A DNA stretch of 64,000 bases from a virus: positions 1 to 64,000 of the IMG/VR virus record IMGVR_UViG_3300037156_000189. One strand, 5' to 3'. Made by a program: the position numbers and the translations under genes. Under the pieces are notes generated by a model. That model saw only the letters and a program-made list of their open reading frames with translations. It had not been told where the DNA came from and did no database searches. This document shows, piece after piece, positions 28,257 through 37,476 of the stretch (its first letter is position 1; each line of letters opens with the position of its first letter).

Positions 28257-28652
28257 ATGTCCGCATCTGCCCATCCGACGCGTAAGCCGGCAAGCGCTAA
28301 AGCTAACGGCCGTATTGACGTGCTGCGGGCTGCTCGGAAGAATTCTGTTGAATTGACTTGGGAACAGCAAAAAGTTGCAGAGCAATGGCTTTTCAAGTTC
28401 TGTGCGAGATGGGGCAACGATTTGCCCCAGTGGCGGGTCAACATTCTTAAGGGCGTAGCTCGGCGATTGGCTGTCCATCCGGTTCCCGCTGGATTCGGTC
28501 TGTCTTTGCTTAATCATCGTGGCGCGAATGCCCTTGCTTGCCGATGCCGCGCGGAAGGCGTACAGCATCCCCATATCGCCGCAATGTGGCGTGGGCAGGC
28601 GTGGAAGCGGGCAGGCCGGCCGGTATTGCCTGCCTGCCAACTTCTGGTTTAG
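28257..28652 (+). CDS. Lone + strand basic hypothetical protein, probably leaderless
   Basis: ATG 6 nt after the -10 box; converges on 28654. Confidence 0.5.
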   Translation: MSASAHPTRKPASAKANGRIDVLRAARKNSVELTWEQQKVAEQWLFKFCARWGNDLPQWRVNILKGVARRLAVHPVPAGFGLSLLNHRGANALACRCRAEGVQHPHIAAMWRGQAWKRAGRPVLPACQLLV

Positions 28653-28653
28653 G

Positions 28654-29172
28654 CTACATCTCTTTTATTGCTGCAGAGATGGCCCGCTTTGAGAATCCTA
28701 TTTCGTGCAGTACCCCACGCAATTCTGATATCTGCTCTTGCTCGACTTCCGCCAGGTAACTGGCGTCTGAGTCTGATTCGATTCCCCAGAGCCCGCCCGA
28801 TGTGACTTTTTGGCAGATGTTGCCAATGACAATCTCAGCTTTGGCGCCGATACCGATAAATTCAAATTCTCCATCGTTTAGCGCGCACATCCGTTTATAG
28901 TCCTGCTCAGCATTCTTCAGCATGGCGTCATGCCAGTATTGGCGCCGTTCTTGTGCAGTCCGGCCCTTGATCCAGTCCGCATCCGGCCGGAAGTCTTCGA
29001 CCGTACCGGGATTAAACCATTGTTTTACCCTGTTCGATCCGGTTCGCTCTTGATGGTCGATTGCGAATTGAGTGTCCGCGTGGTTCGAGAACTCGCCCAT
29101 CCAAGACGTATCGGGGGATTCGTCAAACATCCGTTTAACTTCGATCTTGAGAATGCGTTTCGTTTGTTTCAT
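28654..29172 (-). CDS. Phage early protein (LWGIESDSD family)
   Basis: GGLWGIESDSDASYLAEVEQE; start MKQTKR. Confidence 0.65.
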   Translation of the reverse strand: MKQTKRILKIEVKRMFDESPDTSWMGEFSNHADTQFAIDHQERTGSNRVKQWFNPGTVEDFRPDADWIKGRTAQERRQYWHDAMLKNAEQDYKRMCALNDGEFEFIGIGAKAEIVIGNICQKVTSGGLWGIESDSDASYLAEVEQEQISELRGVLHEIGFSKRAISAAIKEM

Positions 29173-29244
29173 GGCGTCTTTTCTCTTCTTTTGTGCTCGG
29201 CATCTCCGCCGGCCGGTAAAACATGCGTAAACGAGTCTGAGTTT

Positions 29245-29312
29245 TATTCTCATTTCGATGACCATCGAACTATCGTTTAAACGACATTTCGATAACCATC
29301 GAAATGAGAATA
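29245..29312. promoter_or_regulatory. Compound palindromic site (operator or recombination site)
   Basis: 16-bp perfect outer IR, two 19-bp palindromic direct repeats, central CGTTTAAACG. Confidence 0.7.
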
Positions 29313-29330
29313 GGCTTTAAATCTCTCAAA

Positions 29331-29723
29331 CTAAGCAACTTGCTCTCTGTTCAGTTCCAATCGCTGCAGTTCGACCGCATGAAAGTACAGCGCTTGAAAC
29401 TTGCTTGTGACCGTCTGAGAGTCGAAGGAATGGCCTTCATACGCGCGTGCGATGTCCGCCAGGTAAAAGCAACGGACTGTTTTATCTCCGTTCACTCGGC
29501 TGGCGAATGTTTCCATGATGACAGCATCGTGCATGCGTGGGGTAAAGGCCATTTGCCACACCCAAGAGTCGCCTTCGTGATAAACGGAGCCAACACGCTG
29601 CAGAGTTCCCCACTTGCCAGGTCCGGTTACCATCGCGGACAGGATGAAATGATACGCAAGGCGCTCCCGCTCGGTCGCGCGATAGGCGTCGACCTGGGCC
29701 TGATGTGCCGCACTGAGTTTCAT
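29331..29723 (-). CDS. Hypothetical early protein
   Basis: SD GAGGA, start MKLSAAH. Confidence 0.55.
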   Translation of the reverse strand: MKLSAAHQAQVDAYRATERERLAYHFILSAMVTGPGKWGTLQRVGSVYHEGDSWVWQMAFTPRMHDAVIMETFASRVNGDKTVRCFYLADIARAYEGHSFDSQTVTSKFQALYFHAVELQRLELNREQVA

Positions 29724-29994
29724 AGTTTCCTCATTCGTGCCGTCCATACCCGCGGCTGGTTAGCTTACCGGGTCGACCGCGCGCCAAATACGCGCGGTCA
29801 TTCTCTTCTTTCGAATTCTCACATTTTTGGTACAGCGTGAACCGCGGCGCGCGTGCAATCGCGCGCCGCGCGCCCCTGTTGTTTGGTTTGGGTCTTCGGA
29901 TCGTAGGAATAACCCCCATGGCGGAGGAAAAACAGATAGGCTTGCTGTTTGGCAGTGGTGGACATATCTCTCACCTTTCTTTGGTTGGATTGGA

Positions 29995-30516
29995 TTAAAC
30001 GGTTGTGCAGACTTCCCATTTGCGGATGACTTCATTCCGTTCCATTTGGAAGTCAAACAAGTAAACAGTCATGCGCAGTTCCGAATTGATGCGCGCGTCG
30101 ACGAATCCATGGAATCTACGCTCGCCATTGGCGCAATAGCAGATGAGCATTCCCATGTCCTTATTGATAGGACCGTCGCCATCTGTGCGCATCTGCTTCG
30201 GAACCCAGACGGATTTGACGATAGAAGACCAGCCTTTAGTGGTCATTGTTTCTTGGGGCAGATAGCGCCACGGCTTAAGGTTGCGCGCGTACACTGTGCG
30301 GCCGTTGAAACGCGCGGTAAACTTACACGTGCCATACTGCAGGCGCGACGTGCACTCTACGCGGCCGTCCGCAAAGCATCTCATCTCACGTTCGATCACG
30401 TCGCCACGGCCATACAGCCAGTTCAATCGCTGAATAGCTGTGAAGAGCTCAGCGCGCGTCAAACGGCCATGCTCAGGCGATAGACCGTTAGCCAGATGCG
30501 TTAGTTGATTGTTCAT
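29995..30516 (-). CDS. Hypothetical early protein
   Basis: SD GAGGTG, 173 aa. Confidence 0.55.
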   Translation of the reverse strand: MNNQLTHLANGLSPEHGRLTRAELFTAIQRLNWLYGRGDVIEREMRCFADGRVECTSRLQYGTCKFTARFNGRTVYARNLKPWRYLPQETMTTKGWSSIVKSVWVPKQMRTDGDGPINKDMGMLICYCANGERRFHGFVDARINSELRMTVYLFDFQMERNEVIRKWEVCTTV

Positions 30517-30543
30517 CGGATCACCTCAGGTGATGGGTTTGGA

Positions 30544-30777
30544 TTAGTCAAACATGTAAAAGCCGAACCAGGTGCGGCGTGGCGTCTTTGTTCCGAGCTG
30601 GTACAGCGCGTGCTTCCAATCGTGGCAACCAGCGAGGACAATCGGCAAACCCTTATAGGTTCCGATGATCCTATCGGTGGCGCATTCCACGTATGCGGTC
30701 GGATCAGCAAGTATGATGTGTGCTTCACATTCTGCAGGCGTCATTAGTTCAAAGGCAGTCATAATCAAACCTTTCAT
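30544..30777 (-). CDS. Hypothetical early protein, first gene of the leftward arm
   Basis: Directly downstream of the leftward promoter. Confidence 0.5.
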   Translation of the reverse strand: MKGLIMTAFELMTPAECEAHIILADPTAYVECATDRIIGTYKGLPIVLAGCHDWKHALYQLGTKTPRRTWFGFYMFD

Positions 30778-30789
30778 GATGCTGGTATC

Positions 30790-30867
30790 ACTCTAAACGC
30801 CGTTCCATTCTCTTGTCAATAGCCTCTATGAATTTATTTTGACTTGCTAGTCCATCAAGGCTACACC
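30790..30867. promoter_or_regulatory. Divergent promoters at the main strand switch
   Basis: - strand TTGACA-18-TAGAGT; + strand TTGACT-17-TACACC. Confidence 0.6.
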
Positions 30868-30879
30868 GTATAGGGCCAT

Positions 30880-31172
30880 GAGTTTAGACATACAGATACG
30901 TTCGGCTAGATTCCTTTTCACCTCTAGTTAGACAGTTAGGGGAGTTCCTAAGAGTCTAGTTAGACAATTGGACGCTCGCCAGGTCGACCAGATTCAGCGT
31001 CGACCCCCGTTGACTCCCTTGGGGGGTCCAATGCGGAACGTCGAGCCCCCCGTTCGCCGGCTGGATACGGGATGGTTGTCCTTGTCTAAGCTCGTGTAGA
31101 AATCAGGGCGGCTTTTGTTATTTGCAAACTAAGTACATGTTTAGGGGGTTCCTGCCGAATAAAAAATTTTAG
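30880..31172. other. Candidate packaging/terminus (cos/pac-like) region with TTAGACA repeats
   Basis: Non-coding; TCTAGTTAGACA x2, further TTAGACA, inverted TGTCTAA, G/C runs, AAAAAATTTT. Confidence 0.4.
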
Positions 31173-31205
31173 TTGGATTTCTACCCACAAGTCTAGTAGA
31201 ATAAA

Positions 31206-31266
31206 GGGGTCAGGAGGCTGTAACCTCCGGCAAGCCTAATCTCCCCAAGGAGGAGACCATGACCCC
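31206..31266 (+). promoter_or_regulatory. Structured 5' leader of HNH-AP2 gene 1
   Basis: GGGGTCA pairs with TGACCCC over the start codon; GGAGG-CTGTAA-CCTCC hairpin. Confidence 0.7.
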
Positions 31267-32047
31267 AGAACCAGCATACATCGAATTGTCCACCAGCCGT
31301 GGCATCAGATTTTGGGTTGACATCGAGGACTACCCCAAGATTAGGTGCCGGCCGTGGTGGGCGCAAGCGACAGACCAAGGTACTTTCTACTTGACCAGCA
31401 GAGATACTGGGCTTGATGAGGACGGGCACAAGTGGCAGCGTTCTGTGCAGATCGCTCGCCTGATCATGGGCTTGGAGTCGGGTAACCCACTTGTTGTAGG
31501 CCACATTAACGGCGAGCCCCGCGATAACAGGAAGATCAATCTGCGCGTCTGCACTCAGCGCGATAATGCGCGGAACAGACGGATATCTTGCATCAATACG
31601 TCGGGGTTTAAGGGTGTATCGCAGCTAGGCTTGGATTGTTGGGCAGCCGTGATAAGGGTGAACGGCCACGCATACCATTTGGGCACATTCGATTCCGCGG
31701 AGAAGGCATACCAGGCTTATTGCGAAGCGGCAGCATGGGCTTTCGGGCAGTTTGCTAACTTCGGGGAGGTTCGTGACGATAATTTCCGATTGCCTTCAGT
31801 ACCGCGTTCTGTCGTGATGCCGCCAAGACTGGCGGATAAGAAGCCCATGCGGCGTAGGCTGGCCGAATGGACTCCTGGAATAAGGGAAGAGGTCCCTGCC
31901 GATTTTGCGGGGCACCGACACGAAGAGTTCTGTTCGGTTGCGTCTTCGGTTCTCAAGCCTCGCACTCAGAGAGCAAGAGCGGGCCTTGGAGTTTGGGGTT
32001 TGTCCAAGAGCCCATTGGCCATCAGGAGCCACTTCATTTTCTCCTAG
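31259..32047 (+). CDS. HNH-AP2 homing endonuclease
   Basis: VGHINGEPRDNRKINLRVCT..DNARN, TSGFKGV, HLGTFDSAEKAYQAY...FGQFANFG. Confidence 0.9.
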   Translation: MTPEPAYIELSTSRGIRFWVDIEDYPKIRCRPWWAQATDQGTFYLTSRDTGLDEDGHKWQRSVQIARLIMGLESGNPLVVGHINGEPRDNRKINLRVCTQRDNARNRRISCINTSGFKGVSQLGLDCWAAVIRVNGHAYHLGTFDSAEKAYQAYCEAAAWAFGQFANFGEVRDDNFRLPSVPRSVVMPPRLADKKPMRRRLAEWTPGIREEVPADFAGHRHEEFCSVASSVLKPRTQRARAGLGVWGLSKSPLAIRSHFIFS

Positions 32048-32131
32048 CGCCTGTTCACGTTTTAATGTTTGCAATTTATTATTGCTTCGGTTTATAATCC
32101 GTAATGCGTGAGGATCTAGGAGGTCGCCAAC

Positions 32132-32383
32132 ATGCTGACTGATTCAGAATTTTGCTGCCCTCTCTGCGGTCTCGTCCTCACTTCCCTCCATGCTTTCCAC
32201 CAACATCTCGCCAAAGTTCACAACTCTCGGTCTCAGCAGGCGGCTGTGGGACCGGGACCCACAGCGGAGCCCGGACCCGCCGCTGCTGTGGGACCGGGGC
32301 CTGCGGCGGAGCCCGCAGCTGCCGCAGCCAGTTATGTCAATGGCTGCCCAATCCTGGACGACAAGATCGAGGTTTGGTCATGA
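32132..32383 (+). CDS. C2H2 Zn-finger small protein with an AAVGPGPxAEP tandem repeat
   Basis: CPLC...HLAKVH; SD AGGAGG. Confidence 0.6.
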   Translation: MLTDSEFCCPLCGLVLTSLHAFHQHLAKVHNSRSQQAAVGPGPTAEPGPAAAVGPGPAAEPAAAAASYVNGCPILDDKIEVWS

Positions 32384-32576
32384 GCAAGGATTCTTTTCCT
32401 ATCGTTGACCATTGTTTTGAGCCTCCCCAAGTACGATTCGAAAGTTCCTGATTTGGGGAGGGTATCTTGAGCGGCAAGGTGTATCGTGTGTGCCCGAGGT
32501 GCGGTCGTAGGGTTGGTGTGAAAAAAGATGGTCGTCAGGTTTGCGGGGGTAAGTTGGGTTGTGGTTGGAGGACAAA

Positions 32577-32978
32577 ATGAGCAAGTATGTGGTTCCTGAA
32601 GGTATGCTGAAGGCGGTAGACAAGGCAATCGGTGAGATGCGACTTGGACAGGCCAGCCGGTTAGCCCCACGCAATGGCGAACTTTGGCCGAACGAGTTGA
32701 AGCAGGTAGCTTTGGAGGCGGCTATCGGATGGCTGGACGGGAAACTAACCGAATTCGACCAGCCCGGGGCCTTCGATCAGTACCGGAATGGTTACAACGC
32801 GGCTATCAGATGTGTGCGCCGGATGTTTCTTGCTCCCGAGCCGGAAGTACCAGAAGCGATCAAAGACTTGATGTGGAGTCAACCGCTCTATAAATGCGAC
32901 ACGGAGTTCTACGAGGCGATACCAAATGCCAACGCCTCTGTCCTCGAAGCCTACCGGCGCGGCAAGGCCGGAAAGTGA
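32577..32978 (+). CDS. Hypothetical phage protein
   Basis: SD GGAGG, start MSKYVVPEGML. Confidence 0.6.
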   Translation: MSKYVVPEGMLKAVDKAIGEMRLGQASRLAPRNGELWPNELKQVALEAAIGWLDGKLTEFDQPGAFDQYRNGYNAAIRCVRRMFLAPEPEVPEAIKDLMWSQPLYKCDTEFYEAIPNANASVLEAYRRGKAGK

Positions 32979-33109
32979 GTTCCTCGTCCTCTGCTGGATG
33001 GGGTGGGTGCCGGTTCCATGCCTGGCCGGTTGTTTCCGTGGGGAGCGCATTCGGAGAACCCAAGACGCTTAGAATTTAGTGCGATATCGCACCTTTTGGA
33101 GAGAAAGAC

Positions 33110-34039
33110 ATGCCGGAATTTAGAGAGTTCCCGTCTATTGAGCAGTACAGGAATGTCGTAAAACTCGTCCGTGAGAGAGCGCAGTTCGACGGAAAGCCTC
33201 TGCCTACGATCTTGTTTTACGGGTCCGTCAAGCTCCACGGCACGAACGCGGCTGTTGGATTCGATGAAGACGGTGAATTGTTCACCCAGTCCAGAAGCCA
33301 GATCATCACTCCGGATAATGACAATGCCGGGTTTGCGAAGTGGGTGCGGGCCAACGATCAGATGTTCCCGAAACTCAAGTCGGCTGTGATCTACGGGGAG
33401 TGGTGCGGGCAGGGCATTCAGAAGAACGTTGGAATTAGCCAACTCCCAAAGATGTTCGTCCCTTTCGCCATCAAGTCGGGAGACAGGTGGTGGTCCCCGG
33501 AAGAAATGAAGACGTTCTTCTTCCACTCCGGCTTGCGTTGCATCTACGATTTCCCGTCATGGTCGATGCTGATTGATTTCAGCCGGCCAGAAGAGTTTCA
33601 GAACGATCTTGTCGATCTGACCGTAAAAGTGGAGCAGCAGTGCCCCGTGGCTCTCGCGCACGGCGTTGAGGGTATCGGTGAGGGCATCGTGTGGTGGGCG
33701 GCTCCCTGTGACGGGTTTAACACTGAGGGGCTGGTATTCAAGGTGAAGGGCGAGAAGCACAGCGAAACCAAAGTCAAAACCCTTGCCGCCGTCGATGTGG
33801 AGAAGATTGGAAATATCCGGGAGCTGGTAGCGACGATTGCTACCCCTCACCGCATGGAGAAGAAACTAGAAGGGATTCCGGTGGATATCAAGAACACAGG
33901 AACCTTCCTAAAAGCGGTCACGGAAGACGTGATGAAGGAAGAGGCCGACACCATCGACGCCAGCGGGTTGCCGAAAACGGACGTGATGAAAGGCATTGCA
34001 ATGGCTGCAAAGAAGTTCTTCATGGAACAGGTAAAGTAA
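33110..34039 (+). CDS. RNA ligase, Rnl2-like family
   Basis: Motif I KLHGTN, QSR, motif III YGEWCG, FAIK, motif IV EGIVW, motif V FKVKGEK. Confidence 0.85.
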   Translation: MPEFREFPSIEQYRNVVKLVRERAQFDGKPLPTILFYGSVKLHGTNAAVGFDEDGELFTQSRSQIITPDNDNAGFAKWVRANDQMFPKLKSAVIYGEWCGQGIQKNVGISQLPKMFVPFAIKSGDRWWSPEEMKTFFFHSGLRCIYDFPSWSMLIDFSRPEEFQNDLVDLTVKVEQQCPVALAHGVEGIGEGIVWWAAPCDGFNTEGLVFKVKGEKHSETKVKTLAAVDVEKIGNIRELVATIATPHRMEKKLEGIPVDIKNTGTFLKAVTEDVMKEEADTIDASGLPKTDVMKGIAMAAKKFFMEQVK

Positions 34040-34079
34040 GCCCAACTCTAGTGAGATATCGCACCTCCCGGGAGCAAGC

Positions 34080-34304
34080 GTGAAAAGCATCAAGCGTGAC
34101 ACCAGAAAGCCGAGAATGCGTCAAAGGGATCGTGTGAACGCCCGCGAACAGTACGAGGAGTACAAGCGCCTGGAGGCCGAGTACCTGGCCGCGAGATGTG
34201 AGGATTCCTGCGACTACGGGTTTTCGGAGCTGCGGGACCGGGACCCGCAGCGCCTGACGCCCTATGACCGTATGTTCCTGCGGGCTTTGAAGATCAAAAC
34301 CTGA
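34080..34304 (+). CDS. Hypothetical protein
   Basis: SD GGGAG, GTG start. Confidence 0.5.
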   Translation: MKSIKRDTRKPRMRQRDRVNAREQYEEYKRLEAEYLAARCEDSCDYGFSELRDRDPQRLTPYDRMFLRALKIKT

Positions 34305-34368
34305 GAAAGTTCAAAATAGCTCATCCACTTGTATCCGCCCTGGCGTACTATTCCTAGTGGAGATTCAT

Positions 34369-34921
34369 CATGCACGAACGTTACCGTTATCTTCTCGAAG
34401 TTCTCGAAACGACCCTCAAGACCGTCGAGCGCGTCACTCGCCGCATGGATAAGGAGGCCGCGGAGGACCGGGAGACCCTGGGCTTCCTGCTCCACGAGCT
34501 GAGAAACATCGAGCACGACCTGCACCCGCCCACCCCTCCCCCGCCACCTCCCCCTCCCCCTCCCTCTCCAACTTTCGCAACCAGCATCAGCTTCACGGAG
34601 ACTTCAATGAACCCGACTCAAGCAGGCAACACCCAAGTATTTACCGGCACGCTCGTTCCCGCCGGCGCAACTTACCCCGCGGACACCACGTTTACTCTGA
34701 CGTCCAACGATCCGGCGGTAAGCCCCACTGTGGATTCAACAGGGCTGGTGGTCAGCGTTACCTATCCCGACGGATGGGTTGAGAGCACCAGCACACCCCT
34801 CGCGTTCTCCTATGGCGCTGCCAGCGTCAGCGAGAACGGAGCCATCAGCGCGACCATTACCCCCTCGGCTCCCGTCGGCGGCGCGTTCCCCAGCGGAATT
34901 TCCTTTCAACAGTCTCAGTAG
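34369..34921 (+). CDS. Coiled-coil / poly-Pro / Ig-like beta-domain protein
   Basis: Domain composition; internal SD and ATG at 34607. Confidence 0.6.
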
Positions 34922-34942
34922 TCAGCGGCTTCCCATCACTAA

Positions 34943-34980
34943 AGAAGGCCTCGGCCCTAACCAGGACCGGGGCCTTTTCT
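34943..34980 (+). terminator. Intrinsic terminator
   Basis: AGGCCTCGG/CCGGGGCCT stem followed by TTTCT. Confidence 0.65.
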
Positions 34981-35025
34981 GCACCAATAGTTGACAACAT
35001 AATCTAATCGTGGCGGTATTATTGA

Positions 35026-35686
35026 ATGAGCGCGCGCGATCCCATCCCCCATCTTCCGTCTGCCCCGCCTCTCGCTCTCTCCCTTTCTACTCTCCCCACC
35101 GCGCGCGATCTTCTCTCCATCCAGGATTTCCGCCTGCGCCTGCGCAGGACTCTTCTCGACTGTCCCACCCTGACTCTCAAACAGGTTGCTCAAGCCCTCG
35201 GCGTCACCAGGCAGTACGTCGGAGCCCTCGTTGGCTCCCTCGGCCGCCCCACATGTGCTCGTCACGACAAGCCGGGGGCCGAAGCGTGATCAAGCCCAAT
35301 CCCACCTCAAGGAACTGACCGTACGGGTGGCCAGGGGCGAATCAGCGGAGCAGGCCGCCCGCGCTCTCGGCATCTCCCTCCCTGCTGCGGCGAAACTTGG
35401 CTTTAGAACCAAAGCCATTCGCCCCTCTCATGGCGGCGGGCGAAAGGATTGTTTTTGTTGGCGATGTAAGAAGGCTCAGGGACTTGTCACGCCGAGAGGG
35501 CCAAAGAGCGGAGCGGCGACAAGGGCCGAGGTCGAAGACTGGTTGGCGTGGACAGATCCCTATGACGGAACTCAGCTAACACAGGCAACGATTGGGCGCC
35601 TGGCGGGAACGCATCAGGGCGCAGTGTCCAGGATTGCGAGGAGAAGAGGAAGGTTCGCGCTACTTGACGAAGTTACCGATCAATAG
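35026..35686 (+). pseudogene. Multi-HTH protein split by a +1 frameshift at the G5 run (35274-35278)
   Basis: HTH TLKQVAQALGVTRQYV in the first frame; AARALGIS and TQATIGRLAGTHQGAVSRI in the second frame. Confidence 0.55.
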
Positions 35687-35916
35687 GCTGAGGCACCAGA
35701 ATGCCATTCCTGCCCATCCAAGGTTGACTCGTGGAGACGATGGGACATTCAATGCGGCTAGGGCCAACAGCACAAACGCGAAAACCAGAAGGATTGTTCC
35801 GAGCACAGACTACCTCCAAGACTAGATCATTGGATGCCTCACCCGCCCATCCACGCTGTACTCTTTGGATCACCCCTTAAATTTTCCTCTTGATAGTTGC
35901 TATTATTTGGTATACT

Positions 35917-35985
35917 GGGGGTGTCTCCAGTTGCATCTGGAGGTCCCACACTCAAGCGCCTTGGAGGACGATCGGTGACACCCCC
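35917..35985 (+). promoter_or_regulatory. Structured 5' leader of HNH-AP2 gene 2
   Basis: GGGGGTGTC/GACACCCCC pairing; TCCAG-TTGCAT-CTGGA hairpin; TGn-TATACT upstream. Confidence 0.65.
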
Positions 35986-36685
35986 GAAGAAAAGTCTAGT
36001 GCAGATTCGCGCAGAGCGCGAGCAACGTTGTGCTGAGATGCGAAGGTTATCAGGTCAAGGAAAAAATCAGACAGAGATTGCAGAATTGTTTGGGCTTACG
36101 CCTCAACGTGTAAGCCAGTTGGTGGGGAAGGCCCGCGGCCCTGGGTGTAACTATCCCAGGACTGTATCAGAGCGCATAGATGCCGATCAAAAAGCGTATT
36201 TAGAAATTCAAATGTGCAGCGGCGAGAAGTTTCTTTTGGACCCAGAAGAATTGGAGAAGGTCAGCGGATTCGGTTGGCGTACGCGCTCAAACCGTTCTGC
36301 ACAAGCTCGTTACGTAGTTGCCCCGCTGGTTGAAATTGTGGATGGAAAGAAGTTATCCACTACCTTGCAACTTGGTCGTGTGATCATGGGGCTGGGTCGA
36401 GGCGACCCGCGCGTTATCGATCACATTAACGGGGACACTTTGGATAATCGTAAGGCTAATTTGAGGGTGTGTACTAACGCGGAGAATATTAGAAACAGGT
36501 GCAGGGACAAAGACAACGCTTCTGGATTTAAAGGGGTTACATGTGAGGGCAAGAAATGGTTAGCCCAAATATTTCACAATGGGCGGGGGTACCGTTTAGG
36601 TAGGTTTTCTACTCCGGAAGAGGCGCACGCTGCGTATTGCGCGGCGGCCGTGCGTTTCTACGGTAAGTTTGCGAATTTTGGTTGA
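35975..36685 (+). CDS. HTH-HNH-AP2 homing endonuclease
   Basis: NQTEIAELFGLTPQRVSQ; IDHINGDTLDNRKANLRVCT; SGFKGV; LGRFSTPEEAHAAY; GTG start after GGAGG. Confidence 0.9.
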   Translation: MTPPKKSLVQIRAEREQRCAEMRRLSGQGKNQTEIAELFGLTPQRVSQLVGKARGPGCNYPRTVSERIDADQKAYLEIQMCSGEKFLLDPEELEKVSGFGWRTRSNRSAQARYVVAPLVEIVDGKKLSTTLQLGRVIMGLGRGDPRVIDHINGDTLDNRKANLRVCTNAENIRNRCRDKDNASGFKGVTCEGKKWLAQIFHNGRGYRLGRFSTPEEAHAAYCAAAVRFYGKFANFG

Positions 36686-36733
36686 AAAAGATTTATTGCA
36701 AACCTTCGACTTTATGTTATGCTTTGTCCTGTT

Positions 36734-37108
36734 ATGTCAGACAAGTCCCCCACTACCGTAGCTGAGAAGCGCCTGCTCTGGCTGATCCGTGATATCGTGG
36801 CGCAGTCCTGCGCTGACTACAAGAAAAGCGCTACCCCCGCTTACGATGATCCCATCCATGTCTTCTCTGGTTTCATCGGCATCCATGCCGAGGCGATCGC
36901 GCTGCTTGCCGAGTATGGGTTGGTAAAGGACCTGGCCGACAACGGCGGCCGAGTGGTCAGAGGGAAGCTGTTGCCGGTGGGCGAGGCAGCCAAAGTGCTG
37001 AAGACGGGGCCATTCCGTCCGAAGGAGGATGTGAATCCTCTCCCATCCGCCGCGGACCTCGATGCCGTGGCGCAAGAAGACTCAGCGCGGGAGGCCACGC
37101 AGAAATGA
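36734..37108 (+). CDS. Hypothetical protein
   Basis: Follows TTGCAA-16-TATGCT. Confidence 0.55.
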   Translation: MSDKSPTTVAEKRLLWLIRDIVAQSCADYKKSATPAYDDPIHVFSGFIGIHAEAIALLAEYGLVKDLADNGGRVVRGKLLPVGEAAKVLKTGPFRPKEDVNPLPSAADLDAVAQEDSAREATQK

Positions 37109-37476
37109 CCGACAAGCCCCCCATCATTCGGATCGATCCCTGCAGAAGCCGTGTTTTTGCTTGGATCGAGTTCAACTCCGATGCCTCTGAGGTGAGGGAC
37201 GAAGTCACAAATCGTTTGGTTCAGCCGGCGGGGCCTGCGATCACAGCGAGATATCGAACCACTGGCATGGAGATGACGGCGTGGCCGATCACAGAGGAAG
37301 AGGCGAGGCGCATCATGCAGCCCGGCGCCGAGTTCGACTACTCCTCCGGCCGCGCCTGGTCCCAGATCGTGATGCCTTACAAATCCAAGAGAACGGTCAA
37401 ATCAGGCCAAAGACAAGAGACGGTCAAACAACGTACCGAGATCGAGCAGCGCGCGGGAAGGCGGTGGTTGGCGTGA
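37105..37476 (+). CDS. KTSC-like small protein
   Basis: Weak pattern match (Y.TTG...W.ITEEEARRIM...SSGRAWS.IV..Y). Confidence 0.35.
   Translation: MTDKPPIIRIDPCRSRVFAWIEFNSDASEVRDEVTNRLVQPAGPAITARYRTTGMEMTAWPITEEEARRIMQPGAEFDYSSGRAWSQIVMPYKSKRTVKSGQRQETVKQRTEIEQRAGRRWLA

Noticed and set aside
29245-29312. Protelomerase telRL site
   Set aside because: Not a continuous perfect palindrome, and no protelomerase gene was seen
31206-31266. tRNA-Tyr (CTGTAA loop)
   Set aside because: The loop is 6 nt, with no TTCG T-arm or CCA, and the element overlaps the SD and start codon
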